A stretch of 55,308 nt of DNA from a virus, in IMG/VR virus record IMGVR_UViG_3300045988_052571; one strand, given 5' to 3'. Shown here piece by piece: positions 28,473 to 36,441 of this stretch (position 1 is the stretch's first letter; each line of letters starts with the position of its first letter). The notes beneath the pieces are model-generated. The model was given only the letters and a program-made list of their open reading frames with translations. It did no database searches and had not been told where the DNA came from. The position numbers and the translations under genes are program-made.

Positions 28473-28524
28473 AATTTTACCCCTGCTTTTATTTTATAAA
28501 TATATAATACCACCCCAGCTGCCG

Positions 28525-28656
28525 CCCTGTACAGTGCCAAATTGCACAAAAGCACGGTACAGGTTTTGTGCAAAAAGTAGATTGCACGGTACAGGGCTTG
28601 ACATTTTGCCGGGTGTCGTGGTACAGTGTAGCCACAGCAAGCGGCACGGTACAGGG
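28525..28656. promoter_or_regulatory. operator array: five copies of GCAC(G/T)GTACAGGG
   Basis: Copies at 28525-37 (inverted), 28552-64, 28584-96, 28616-28 (degenerate) and 28644-56; 10-bp IR TTGCACAAAA/TTTTGTGCAA flanks copy 2. Confidence 0.65.
28598..28627 (+). promoter_or_regulatory. sigma70-like promoter of the rightward early operon
   Basis: TTGACA (28598-603), 18-bp spacer, TACAGT (28622-27); overlapped by operator copies 3 and 4. Confidence 0.5.
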
Positions 28657-28692
28657 TCGCAAGCAAAACAACAGCGAACAGGAGAAACGCAC

Positions 28693-28782
28693 ATGAACAA
28701 GCATTTTTTTGAACTCTCGCCCCGCACTCGCCGGATCATCTGGGCCGCCCTGCTGGCCCGCTGGCAGGCAAAGCAGGCGTAA
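28693..28782 (+). CDS. hypothetical 29-aa peptide
   Basis: RBS AGGAGA 7 nt upstream of the ATG; MNKHFFELSPRTRRIIWAALLARWQAKQA. Confidence 0.3.
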   Translation: MNKHFFELSPRTRRIIWAALLARWQAKQA

Positions 28783-28822
28783 CCCGCCGCCGAACATTCA
28801 CCCATCAACAGGAGGCCGCGCA

Positions 28823-29167
28823 ATGAAATACTACGATCTGGACCCGCTGCCCATCGTAAGCGGCGACCCGGCAGAGCTCTTTTTCGATGACCGCGAAGAT
28901 TGCGAGTTTGCACGCACCCTTGCAGCCCGCACCGCCGCGATCATCTCCCAGGTGCGGCGCTACACCGTCACCCGGTACACCTGCTCAGGGCGGCAGATCA
29001 TCGTATCCCCCAGCACCCGCACCCCGGGCGGCTGGCAGGTGACTTTCTACCATACCGACCGGATCACCGGCGATATGGAGCCATCCTATCACACCGACTG
29101 CGACACGCTGGAAAAGGTCGCCGCCGAAATCCCGCACAGCTTTTGTGCCGCCGATGCCGTTGCATGA
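28823..29167 (+). CDS. hypothetical early protein
   Basis: 114 aa; RBS AGGAGG. Confidence 0.5.
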   Translation: MKYYDLDPLPIVSGDPAELFFDDREDCEFARTLAARTAAIISQVRRYTVTRYTCSGRQIIVSPSTRTPGGWQVTFYHTDRITGDMEPSYHTDCDTLEKVAAEIPHSFCAADAVA

Positions 29168-29175
29168 TTCACCCC

Positions 29176-29236
29176 GGACACCTTGACGGGCCGCACCGTA
29201 AAGCGACCCGATCCCGCCACCCCGGCAACAGCCGGG
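29176..29236 (+). repeat. intergenic structured repeat, copy 1 (TTGAC subtype)
   Basis: GGACACCTTGACGGGCCGCACCGTAAAGCGACCC...CCCGGC-AACA-GCCGGG. Confidence 0.75.
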
Positions 29237-29275
29237 AGAAAGTCGAGCATCAACCACAGCACAGGAGGTTTTACA

Positions 29276-29623
29276 ATGCGCAAACTGAAAAAGATCATCA
29301 CCGCCGCGGCTCTGGCTGCCGCAATGCTGGCAGGTGCGCCCCGCACCGCTGCCGCCTGTCCCTACACCCCCGGCCCCCTGGGCCGCTACATTGTCCCCGC
29401 TCAAGTGCTGGGGATGTACGCCGACGGCGACGGCGTGCAAGTCTGGTGCACCGACCTGGGCGACGGTTGCGACTGGTTTTTTATCGTCGATGCAAAAACC
29501 GATCTGCGGATTTATGACCGGGTGCAACTCGTTGTAGAGGACAACGACACCCCGGACGACTACACCGACGACCGCGTTATTGACGCGCTTTACTGCCATG
29601 ACTGCGACGACGTGGACGACTAA
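29276..29623 (+). CDS. secreted/lipoprotein-like small protein
   Basis: 115 aa; signal-like MRKLKKIITAAALAAAMLAGAPRTAAAC; acidic Cys-containing C-terminus. Confidence 0.5.
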   Translation: MRKLKKIITAAALAAAMLAGAPRTAAACPYTPGPLGRYIVPAQVLGMYADGDGVQVWCTDLGDGCDWFFIVDAKTDLRIYDRVQLVVEDNDTPDDYTDDRVIDALYCHDCDDVDD

Positions 29624-29638
29624 CAGGAGGTGCAGGCA

Positions 29639-29800
29639 ATGCGTTACCAGATCGTTTATTGCAAGCGGGGTTTACCGCTCACCACCTGGGCCAACACCGC
29701 CGACCAGGCGCGCCAGTTGGCCGACCAACTCCGCCGCGTCGGTTATTCCGTGGACGTGTGGCAGCACACCTCCGACGGATCGCGGAAAACTGACCTTTGA
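29639..29800 (+). CDS. hypothetical 53-aa protein
   Basis: RBS AGGAGG; below the ORF-track size cut-off. Confidence 0.4.
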   Translation: MRYQIVYCKRGLPLTTWANTADQARQLADQLRRVGYSVDVWQHTSDGSRKTDL

Positions 29801-29810
29801 CCCCCCCGCC

Positions 29811-29871
29811 GGATGCTCTAGCAGGGTTGCACCGTAAAGCAGCCCCGCCCCATCTACCCGGCCCCGCCGGG
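29811..29871 (+). repeat. intergenic structured repeat, copy 2 (divergent, with compensatory changes)
   Basis: GGATGCTCTAGCAGGGTTGC-ACCGTAAA-GCAGCCC...CCCGGC-CCC-GCCGGG. Confidence 0.7.
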
Positions 29872-29906
29872 ATGAACCACAACTAAAACACAGGAGGTTT
29901 TACACT

Positions 29907-31118
29907 ATGACCAACGAAGAGATCATTTTGAAGAGCGTTCAAGCGCACTTGACCCCAGCCCAGCGGCACGAGATCGCCGCCGCGGCATACACCCCGGAGC
30001 AGATCGCCCACGCCGTCGAGCATATCCCGGACGGCCTCGACGCGCTGGCCGCCTCTCAAGTCCACACTTTTGCATGGTGGAAAGACAACGGCAAGAGCGT
30101 GAAGAGGGGAGAAAAAGCCCTTTTCACCTGCCCGCTGTGGAAGTACACCGACAAGCCAAGCAAAGCCCAGATCAAGGCGGCAGAGGCCGCAGGCAAAGAG
30201 GTACAGCCCGCGGCTCATTACTACCCCACCACGTCGTATATGTTCAGCCGCTTACAGGTTGAAAGCAGCAAGCCCGCCCCCGCCGGCCGCTTTAAGAGTA
30301 TCGACGAGATCAAGGCCTATAACAAGATGCTGGCAGAGCAGCGGCGCGCCGCGAGAGTATCCGCCGCCATCAAAACCGCCGCGGATGCAATCGCCCAGGA
30401 CGTTACAACAGAGGCGCGGCAGGCAGCACAGCAGGCAGCCGCCCGCGTTGTCGTGGCTGTGGAAGAACGCCACGAACTGCCCGAACTTGTAGAGGCTCCC
30501 AAGCCTGCCACGAAAAAGGCCCGCAACGTAACACCGCCGGACACCATCAAGATCACCCTGCACAACAACCCCCAGAACTACATAGAACTAAACCCCGGCT
30601 TTTTCCCCTGCGGCGTTGGCCAGTTTAAGCAGATTATGAAGTTGGTTCGAGAGGACACCGCCCACACCGACGAACTCACCGCCGCTATCATTGACATTTT
30701 GAAGCGCAAGGCAAGCACTTGCGGCCCGGATCAGGCCGCCGCACGGCGGAACCTTGTAGCCCTTGGCGAAATCAAGGAAGAAAAAAGCCCGGTAAAGGTC
30801 AGCAACAAACCGGAATTTTTTGAAACCCTCATGCGCAACGGAAGCGGAAATTTCCGCCGCCTGCGCTCTGGCTACCGTGCAGAGTATGCCGGGTTTACGT
30901 TTTTCTTCTCCAAGTGCAAGGATTTCAAACGCTGGGATATTTACGAATCCCGGTGCGGCCTGCTGGCTCTTCCCGCCGGAATGTGTGGCCGCACGAAAGC
31001 GGAATGTGCTTCTTGTCTCGTCAAATACTTTGACGTGGAAAAGGCAAAGACGCTCAACCTTGACAAGATGGAGCAGATCAAAAAGGCCGCTCCCCTGGAA
31101 GCAGCGGCCAGCATTTGA
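29907..31118 (+). CDS. early protein with an ArdC-N-like ssDNA-binding motif (weak)
   Basis: 403 aa; HTFAWWKDNGKSVKRGEKAL resembles the ArdC/DUF1738 W-x-T-x-xQ...V-KGEK motif. Confidence 0.35.
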   Translation: MTNEEIILKSVQAHLTPAQRHEIAAAAYTPEQIAHAVEHIPDGLDALAASQVHTFAWWKDNGKSVKRGEKALFTCPLWKYTDKPSKAQIKAAEAAGKEVQPAAHYYPTTSYMFSRLQVESSKPAPAGRFKSIDEIKAYNKMLAEQRRAARVSAAIKTAADAIAQDVTTEARQAAQQAAARVVVAVEERHELPELVEAPKPATKKARNVTPPDTIKITLHNNPQNYIELNPGFFPCGVGQFKQIMKLVREDTAHTDELTAAIIDILKRKASTCGPDQAAARRNLVALGEIKEEKSPVKVSNKPEFFETLMRNGSGNFRRLRSGYRAEYAGFTFFFSKCKDFKRWDIYESRCGLLALPAGMCGRTKAECASCLVKYFDVEKAKTLNLDKMEQIKKAAPLEAAASI

Positions 31119-31129
31119 ACCACAGCAGC

Positions 31130-31186
31130 GGACACCCCAGCAGGGCCGCACCGCACGAAAGCGGCCCCGCCCCAGCCCACACGGGC
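31130..31186 (+). repeat. intergenic structured repeat, copy 3 (CCAGCA subtype)
   Basis: GGACACCCCAGCAGGGCCGC-N11-GCGGCCCCGCCCC, then GCCC-ACAC-GGGC. Confidence 0.75.
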
Positions 31187-31214
31187 CACACGAAAACGAA
31201 AAGGAGCTGTTACA

Positions 31215-31424
31215 ATGATTCCCGAAAAAATCCGCCAGCGCCAGCGCGCAGAACTCGCCGCCATTCACCGCCTAGATGCCGCAGGCTACACGGTCGAGGG
31301 ATGGAACCACATCACCAGCCTTTGCACCGTCGCCCGCCTGGACGGCTTGAACACGAACCACGACAAGAGCAAATTTTGGAGCTTTCCGACGTGGCAGGCT
31401 GCCGCGGCCGCTCTACTCGATTGA
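31215..31424 (+). CDS. hypothetical early protein
   Basis: 69 aa; RBS AAGGAG. Confidence 0.45.
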   Translation: MIPEKIRQRQRAELAAIHRLDAAGYTVEGWNHITSLCTVARLDGLNTNHDKSKFWSFPTWQAAAAALLD

Positions 31425-31434
31425 TCCCAGCGCC

Positions 31435-31485
31435 GGACACCTTGACAGGCCGCACCGTAAAGCGACCCGATCCCAGCCGAAAGGC
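31435..31485 (+). repeat. intergenic structured repeat, copy 4 (TTGACA subtype)
   Basis: GGACACCTTGACAGGCCGCACCGTAAAGCGACCCGATCCCA, then GCC-GAAA-GGC. Confidence 0.75.
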
Positions 31486-31519
31486 ACAACACGAAACACA
31501 AATCAGGAGGTTTGAATTT

Positions 31520-32005
31520 ATGTCTTGTATGATGCTTTCGCCCGCTCACATTGCCACCGTTGCGCATGGTCTGGCGTATCTGCTCAATCAATCCGAAATG
31601 TGCCAGCTTTCCGCCGCTGGTGAGCTGTACGACGCTCTGAGTGACTGCAAATACCCGCACGATTTTCTTTATGACGACCGCAAAATTTACCCCGTTCTGT
31701 ATCGTCACAACGAATTAGCATACGAGGGCCGCTACAAAGTCGAGCCGGACGAAACCGACGAAGCGCCAGCCATGCCGGACAATGTTCCGCACCTGCTGCA
31801 CCACCTGAGCTACAACGAGCATTATTTTCTCGATGCTGATTTCTTCAAATTCTTAAAGCTGCTTGACTGCTTTATTTACCAGTGCGAAGAGCAGGCCACA
31901 GCTGACACGAATTTGCAGAAAGCCCTTGTAAAGACTTCTATCCGCCTTTACGCATTCGCCGCCCATCAGAATGCAGAATACAGCGCCGCGCCCTGGTGCA
32001 TCTGA
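31520..32005 (+). CDS. hypothetical early protein
   Basis: 161 aa; RBS AGGAGG. Confidence 0.5.
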   Translation: MSCMMLSPAHIATVAHGLAYLLNQSEMCQLSAAGELYDALSDCKYPHDFLYDDRKIYPVLYRHNELAYEGRYKVEPDETDEAPAMPDNVPHLLHHLSYNEHYFLDADFFKFLKLLDCFIYQCEEQATADTNLQKALVKTSIRLYAFAAHQNAEYSAAPWCI

Positions 32006-32014
32006 TCCCGCGTC

Positions 32015-32065
32015 GGACACCTTGACAGGCCGCACCGCAAAGCGACCCGATCCCAGCCGCAAGGC
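32015..32065 (+). repeat. intergenic structured repeat, copy 5 (TTGACA subtype)
   Basis: As copy 4, but hairpin 2 is GCC-GCAA-GGC. Confidence 0.75.
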
Positions 32066-32103
32066 ATAACGAACCACGAAAACGAAACGGAGGATTTTAT
32101 ATT

Positions 32104-33039
32104 ATGGCAACTTACACGATCAACGAGAACACCGCCCGCCTCTCTCACGAAATGCGCTCTTTCAGAGACTACCACGCAGGCAGCGCAACGGCGGAGTACG
32201 AGGCCCGGGTGGCCCAGGCCGCCGCCATCTTGGAGCAGGTCAAGGCCAAGTGCTTCACCGAAGAGCAGAAAGAGCGGGCCGAATACCTGTTCGACCGTTA
32301 CGCCAAGACGCTGGCAGAGGCCACCAACAAGGAGAACGAGATCGGCACGCGCTGCCCCAGCGTGATGATCTGCGGCGCTGGCAACTTCCCCGTGCGGAAG
32401 AAAGAGAAGCAGATCAAAGCATTTGAGGCCAACCGGGAGAACTGGCGCAAGGCTGAACACTATCTCGACCAGCTCAAGAGAGCGCACACCCTGGCCGTGA
32501 AAGACTCCGATCCCGAAGTGCTGGACTTCCTGCGGGCCAAGCTGGCAGGTCTGGAAGCCGGACACGAATTGATGATCTCCGCCAACGCATACTACCGCAA
32601 GCACAAGACACTGGACGGTTTCGAGGGTATCCCCGAAAAGACGCTTGCCTGGATCACGAAACCCGGCGTTTACATGGCAGGCGGGCGGAACGGCGACGGC
32701 TCCCCGCTGGCGTTCCACGGCAAGCCGTTCCCCACCTACGAACTGACGAGCAGCAAAGCCACCATCAAGCGGGTGCAAGCACGAATCGCAAAGATCGAGG
32801 CTGCCAAGGCTGCCGCCCCGGTGGAGGATGAACACGACGGTTACACCTACAAAGAGGATCAGGAGTCCATGCGGGTTCAGCTTATCTTCCCCGGCAAGCC
32901 CGACGACGAAACCCGCGACGTACTCAAGCACAACGGTTTTCACTGGTCGCCCCGCAACGGCGCATGGCAGCGGCAGTTAAACGACGCTGGCAAGTATGCC
33001 GCACACCGGGTCATGGAATTTCTGGACGGCAACGAATAA
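32104..33039 (+). CDS. early protein, possibly DUF3560-like
   Basis: 311 aa; C-terminal LKHNGFHWSPRNGAWQRQ resembles the DUF3560 GF-W-x(4)-W motif; the call is weak. Confidence 0.35.
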   Translation: MATYTINENTARLSHEMRSFRDYHAGSATAEYEARVAQAAAILEQVKAKCFTEEQKERAEYLFDRYAKTLAEATNKENEIGTRCPSVMICGAGNFPVRKKEKQIKAFEANRENWRKAEHYLDQLKRAHTLAVKDSDPEVLDFLRAKLAGLEAGHELMISANAYYRKHKTLDGFEGIPEKTLAWITKPGVYMAGGRNGDGSPLAFHGKPFPTYELTSSKATIKRVQARIAKIEAAKAAAPVEDEHDGYTYKEDQESMRVQLIFPGKPDDETRDVLKHNGFHWSPRNGAWQRQLNDAGKYAAHRVMEFLDGNE

Positions 33040-33049
33040 CGAAAACAAC

Positions 33050-33107
33050 GGACACCCCAGCAGGGCCGCACCGCACAAAAAGCGGCCCCGCCCCAGCCCG
33101 AAAGGGC
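33050..33107 (+). repeat. intergenic structured repeat, copy 6 (CCAGCA subtype)
   Basis: GGACACCCCAGCAGGGCCGC-ACCGCACAAAAA-GCGGCCCCGCCCC, then GCCC-GAAA-GGGC. Confidence 0.75.
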
Positions 33108-33138
33108 CACAACAAAACAACTTTGGAGGTATCACTTT

Positions 33139-33423
33139 ATGGAGCAACGAAAATGGTTTTTTAACCACGGTGCCAATTTCGAGCTGTTCAACGTGCTCTT
33201 TGACCGTGACGGTTTTCTTGTTGTCCAGAACGACGAAACCCGTACTATTTCTTTCGGCACGGCAGACTGTTTTGGTTCTCTCTTTGGCTTTCCCGTGAAT
33301 CAGTCCTGCCTTACTAAGGACGAGGCGATTTCTGTTCTTCGTGGCTGGATCGAGATTGACAAGGGTTATGGTTTTCCAACTTCTCGTTGGAAGAACATGA
33401 TTAGCGTCATCCAAGCGGCGTAG
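33139..33423 (+). CDS. hypothetical early protein
   Basis: 94 aa; RBS GGAGG. Confidence 0.45.
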   Translation: MEQRKWFFNHGANFELFNVLFDRDGFLVVQNDETRTISFGTADCFGSLFGFPVNQSCLTKDEAISVLRGWIEIDKGYGFPTSRWKNMISVIQAA

Positions 33424-33479
33424 TGGCTCCACTATGGCCGCACCGCACAAAAAGCGGCCCCGCCCCAGCCCGAAAGGGT
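33424..33479 (+). repeat. intergenic structured repeat, copy 7 (5'-truncated)
   Basis: GGCCGC-ACCGCACAAAAA-GCGGCCCCGCCCC, then GCCC-GAAA-GGGT; lacks the GGACACC box. Confidence 0.7.
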
Positions 33480-33499
33480 TTCAAGTCGAATATTTCTAA

Positions 33500-33539
33500 T
33501 CAAGCTAATCAAGCTAAGTATTCAAGCTAATCAAGCTAA
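33500..33539. repeat. four exact TCAAGCTAA 9-mers (two tandem pairs)
   Basis: 33500-08, 33509-17, 33522-30 and 33531-39; a degenerate copy at 33481. Confidence 0.8.
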
Positions 33540-33559
33540 ACGAATTTGGAGGTTTTCAC

Positions 33560-33817
33560 ATGGCAAACGAAAAGAGTAGCAACGAATCCGGCGGCGGTCT
33601 GCGCACCGTCACCCTCACCAACGTACAGTGGAACAAGCTGTACATCTATCTGCTCACCACAACGAATTACCGCAAAGAGCAGATCAGCGCATGGGAAGAA
33701 CTGGCGCGCAAAACGAATCCCGACGGTTCCCCGGAATACCCGAACGCCGCAGGCAACGCAGAGTATTTCCGCGAATTGGAACGTGACCTGTCCGAGATTG
33801 TCCAGAAAATTTGCTAA
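33560..33817 (+). CDS. hypothetical early protein
   Basis: 85 aa; RBS GGAGG. Confidence 0.45.
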   Translation: MANEKSSNESGGGLRTVTLTNVQWNKLYIYLLTTTNYRKEQISAWEELARKTNPDGSPEYPNAAGNAEYFRELERDLSEIVQKIC

Positions 33818-33825
33818 TGGCATCG

Positions 33826-33850
33826 GCCCCGGTTCCCCGCCGGGGCATTT
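33826..33850 (+). terminator. intrinsic terminator (weak U tract)
   Basis: GCCCCGG-TTCCCCG-CCGGGGC, then ATTT. Confidence 0.4.
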
Positions 33851-33852
33851 CG

Positions 33853-33861
33853 TGCTATACT
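33853..33861 (+). promoter_or_regulatory. extended -10 promoter TGCTATACT
   Basis: TGnTATACT located 27 nt upstream of the GTG at 33888. Confidence 0.4.
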
Positions 33862-33887
33862 GTCATTAACGAAATGGAGGTATTTCT

Positions 33888-34262
33888 GTGAACGAAATGC
33901 AGACTTTTTATCCCTGGTGCGTGGTTGCCGCCTTTTCTGACGGTTCCCGGCTCACGTTCGGCGGTTCTACCGAAGAGCAGGCCCGCAACGCAATGGAAGC
34001 CGCCAGCAACGAACACGGTGAAATATCCTGGTGGGATCATGTCACCGACACGAATTATGTTGACGGTCAGTATTACCAGCTTTTGCCCGATTTGCCCACG
34101 CTCCACGTCGTCGATCTCGCAGGGTATGACGGCCCGGTGGATGCAAACGGTTTTCCCGCTGGCCTGCCGGACAAAATCGCCCGGTACGCCGTGGAGCATG
34201 GAGCCGCCGAGGATGAAGCCCAGGTCATTGTCAGGATGCACGAAAGGTGGCGGCGCACATGA
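33888..34262 (+). CDS. hypothetical protein
   Basis: 124 aa; GTG start; RBS GGAGG. Confidence 0.45.
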   Translation: MNEMQTFYPWCVVAAFSDGSRLTFGGSTEEQARNAMEAASNEHGEISWWDHVTDTNYVDGQYYQLLPDLPTLHVVDLAGYDGPVDANGFPAGLPDKIARYAVEHGAAEDEAQVIVRMHERWRRT

Positions 34263-34531
34263 ACATTCTCCCGGAAGAGTTGCAGGCCATTTTGAAGAAA
34301 GGCCTATCCGATACGTTCCAGCGTGATCAGATTATTTCGGAGGACGAACGCCTGCGCAGTCTTGAATCCGCTGTGCAGAAGAACATCTGCACGCTCCACG
34401 ATCTCCCGCCTGACGATGTTGTTGTTTCTGGCCGCAAGGATGCGCCCGGCGTGTTTACTTTCATCATCACAGAACGAACGCCGGAAATTGTATTTACTTT
34501 TGACGCAGACTCTTTTCACGAACACGAATAA
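34259..34531 (+). CDS. hypothetical protein
   Basis: 90 aa; ATGA overlap with the upstream stop; RBS AAAGGTGG. Confidence 0.45.
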   Translation: MNILPEELQAILKKGLSDTFQRDQIISEDERLRSLESAVQKNICTLHDLPPDDVVVSGRKDAPGVFTFIITERTPEIVFTFDADSFHEHE

Positions 34532-34534
34532 CGA

Positions 34535-34578
34535 AAACTCCCTCGACGGAATTGCCCGCCGGGGGAGTTTCTTTTGTT
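34535..34578 (+). terminator. intrinsic terminator at the end of the rightward operon
   Basis: AAACTCCC ... GGGAGTTT stem followed by CTTTTGTT. Confidence 0.5.
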
Positions 34579-34776
34579 CCTATTCGCAAGTTGTTTTTCC
34601 AGGGAGCTTTTCGCTCTCGCGGAAGTCCCCACTTTTACGCGCGCACAAATCCGGCATCATCATAGCCTTTAATGTTTTTCCGGCACACGAATTTTGCCGC
34701 CGCCTGTCTGGGGCTTTTCATGGCGTTTTGATAGATTTTCTATCACGAATCTGCCTTTGTGCTTTTCCTGTTGCTT

Positions 34777-35280
34777 TTAATCGCGCGCGTCATACGCGCG
34801 CAAGAGGATTTCTTCTGCCATTGGCATTTCGTCCAGCATCGGGCCGAGAATGGCAAGTGCGACCTTTTCTTTCCGCTGGGCGGTGATCTCCTTTACTCCC
34901 AGTTCCGCCGCAATGCTCGTCCAGCCTCTTTGTAACGATTTTTGCGTGTAAACGTACCGCCCGCGCAGAATGATTTTGTAATCACCGTTCATGCGGTCTA
35001 ATTGGTCACGAATATTATCCCTGTCAGCCAGCAAAACGCCCCTGCGCACCAGCAGGCGGTTTTCTGTGCGTTTGTATTCCTCGCTGCTGTCTGCCAGCTT
35101 CACTGCCAGCGACGCGGTGCTGTCGCCCGGAGTGGTTCCATGCGGCATCCCGTCCATGTCCATGCCCTTGATGGGGTTGTAGCGATCCTGCAACTCTGCA
35201 AGTTCTCTGTTCACGTCATAGAGCTGTGCTTCAATCCCGCCCAGGTAACGCAAAATCATTTTCGCTTCTTCTGCCTGCAT
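34777..35280 (-). CDS. sigma-70 region-4-like HTH protein (candidate late-gene regulator, RinA/ArpU-type role)
   Basis: 167 aa; C-terminal ILRGRYVYTQKSLQRGWTSIAAELGVKEITAQRKEKVALAIL resembles sigma region 4; last gene of the leftward early operon. Confidence 0.45.
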   Translation of the reverse strand: MQAEEAKMILRYLGGIEAQLYDVNRELAELQDRYNPIKGMDMDGMPHGTTPGDSTASLAVKLADSSEEYKRTENRLLVRRGVLLADRDNIRDQLDRMNGDYKIILRGRYVYTQKSLQRGWTSIAAELGVKEITAQRKEKVALAILGPMLDEMPMAEEILLRAYDARD

Positions 35281-35304
35281 TTTACCCTCCCGCGTTTTGC
35301 TCTG

Positions 35305-35922
35305 TTAGAATTTCCCGAAAATCTGGCCTGCGCCCGGTTCTGCTGCTACCTCGACGCTTCCGCCCATGATCTCCGCCGCCTTGCGGCCAAGCATGGTATG
35401 CGCCGCATACTCACCGTCAACGGCCCATTCCAAGAACTGCTCATAGTTCCTGCGAACCTCTTCCACGGCTGCATTGATCTGCGCCCGGTCGTAGCCCATT
35501 TCGTTTAAGCCCTCCACGAAATAGCGGATCGCCAGGTCGCCAGCATCCCGGCGTTCTGCCAGCACGTCTTTTTCATGCTGCTTTCGCGGGTACTCTCCCG
35601 CCGGGAGAACAAACGACCTGTCCAGCATCGGTTCCGTGCGCTCTCTAAGTAACTGCCGCGCGCGGGTCTGCCCCAGCACGGCGCGCTCTGTTGTGTACAC
35701 GTCGGCGCGGTTTTTCATGGCCGCCGTCAAACGGTCAAGCGCGTCCTTGTCAAATTCCAGCACATCAAAGGCCGCAATGGTGATGCAGTAGCGCAGCACC
35801 TCGTCTGTGGCCTTTCTGTTATCCACGATATTCTTTTTCGTGCTGGTTTTCGATGTCGCGCAACGGCTGACAGAATTTCGCACCATCATGCGCTGTACTG
35901 CCGCGTTCGGTCTAGCTTTCAT
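35305..35922 (-). CDS. hypothetical protein
   Basis: 205 aa. Confidence 0.5.
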   Translation of the reverse strand: MKARPNAAVQRMMVRNSVSRCATSKTSTKKNIVDNRKATDEVLRYCITIAAFDVLEFDKDALDRLTAAMKNRADVYTTERAVLGQTRARQLLRERTEPMLDRSFVLPAGEYPRKQHEKDVLAERRDAGDLAIRYFVEGLNEMGYDRAQINAAVEEVRRNYEQFLEWAVDGEYAAHTMLGRKAAEIMGGSVEVAAEPGAGQIFGKF

Positions 35923-35925
35923 GGT

Positions 35926-36441
35926 TTATCCTTTCTGCTTTGCAAGCTTCTTCCACGCCTTGATCTCCGCCGATGTGTCAGGCGTGATGTGTTCGACAAA
36001 TTTCCATCCCCTCGGCTCTGCCACAAGGTCGATGAACAAGCGGCGGCGGTAAATATAATCCCGCTGCTGCCGCCTAGTAAATTTGCTTTTCACCTCCACA
36101 ACCTCCGTTGTGCCGTCTGCATAGGTCAACACAAAGTCGGCGGTGTATCTGGCCGCCGGGAGTTTCACGTTTCCGTATTCCTTTTCCGGGAGCAGGGAAA
36201 ACGCCCGGTGCGTTTCCACGTTGACGATCTGCCCCCGCTGTACTTTCGGCAGGATTACGCCCATGTAGTAGTTATACTCGCCGCGGGAGTCAAATTCCAT
36301 GCCTGCGGTTTTGGCAATGCTTGCCGCCGCAGCCATTGACGGCGCGGCAGACGCTTTTTTCTTGCCTCTGGCCGCAATCTGCGCTTCTGCCTGGGCGCGG
36401 ATGCGGGGCGGCAGGTCGGAAAGTTCAAGCCTCACGCTCAA
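35926..36441 (-). CDS. DUF1064-like nuclease-fold protein
   Basis: 171 aa from a TTG start (RBS AGGAGG, TTGA overlap); FDSRGEYNYY...YTADFVLTY...VEVK pattern. Confidence 0.55.
   Translation of the reverse strand: MSVRLELSDLPPRIRAQAEAQIAARGKKKASAAPSMAAAASIAKTAGMEFDSRGEYNYYMGVILPKVQRGQIVNVETHRAFSLLPEKEYGNVKLPAARYTADFVLTYADGTTEVVEVKSKFTRRQQRDYIYRRRLFIDLVAEPRGWKFVEHITPDTSAEIKAWKKLAKQKG

Noticed and set aside
29176-33539. CRISPR array
   Set aside because: The repeats are separated by whole genes of 0.2-1.2 kb rather than 25-40-bp spacers, the copies are imperfect, and no cas genes are present. The 9-mer array at 33500 is far too short.
34786-34804. Perfect 8-bp palindrome GCGCGCGT-CAT-ACGCGCGC as a regulatory site
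   Set aside because: It lies inside the last codons of gene 34777..35280 (...LLRAYDARD). It could be a 3' stabilising hairpin, but nothing else supports a function.
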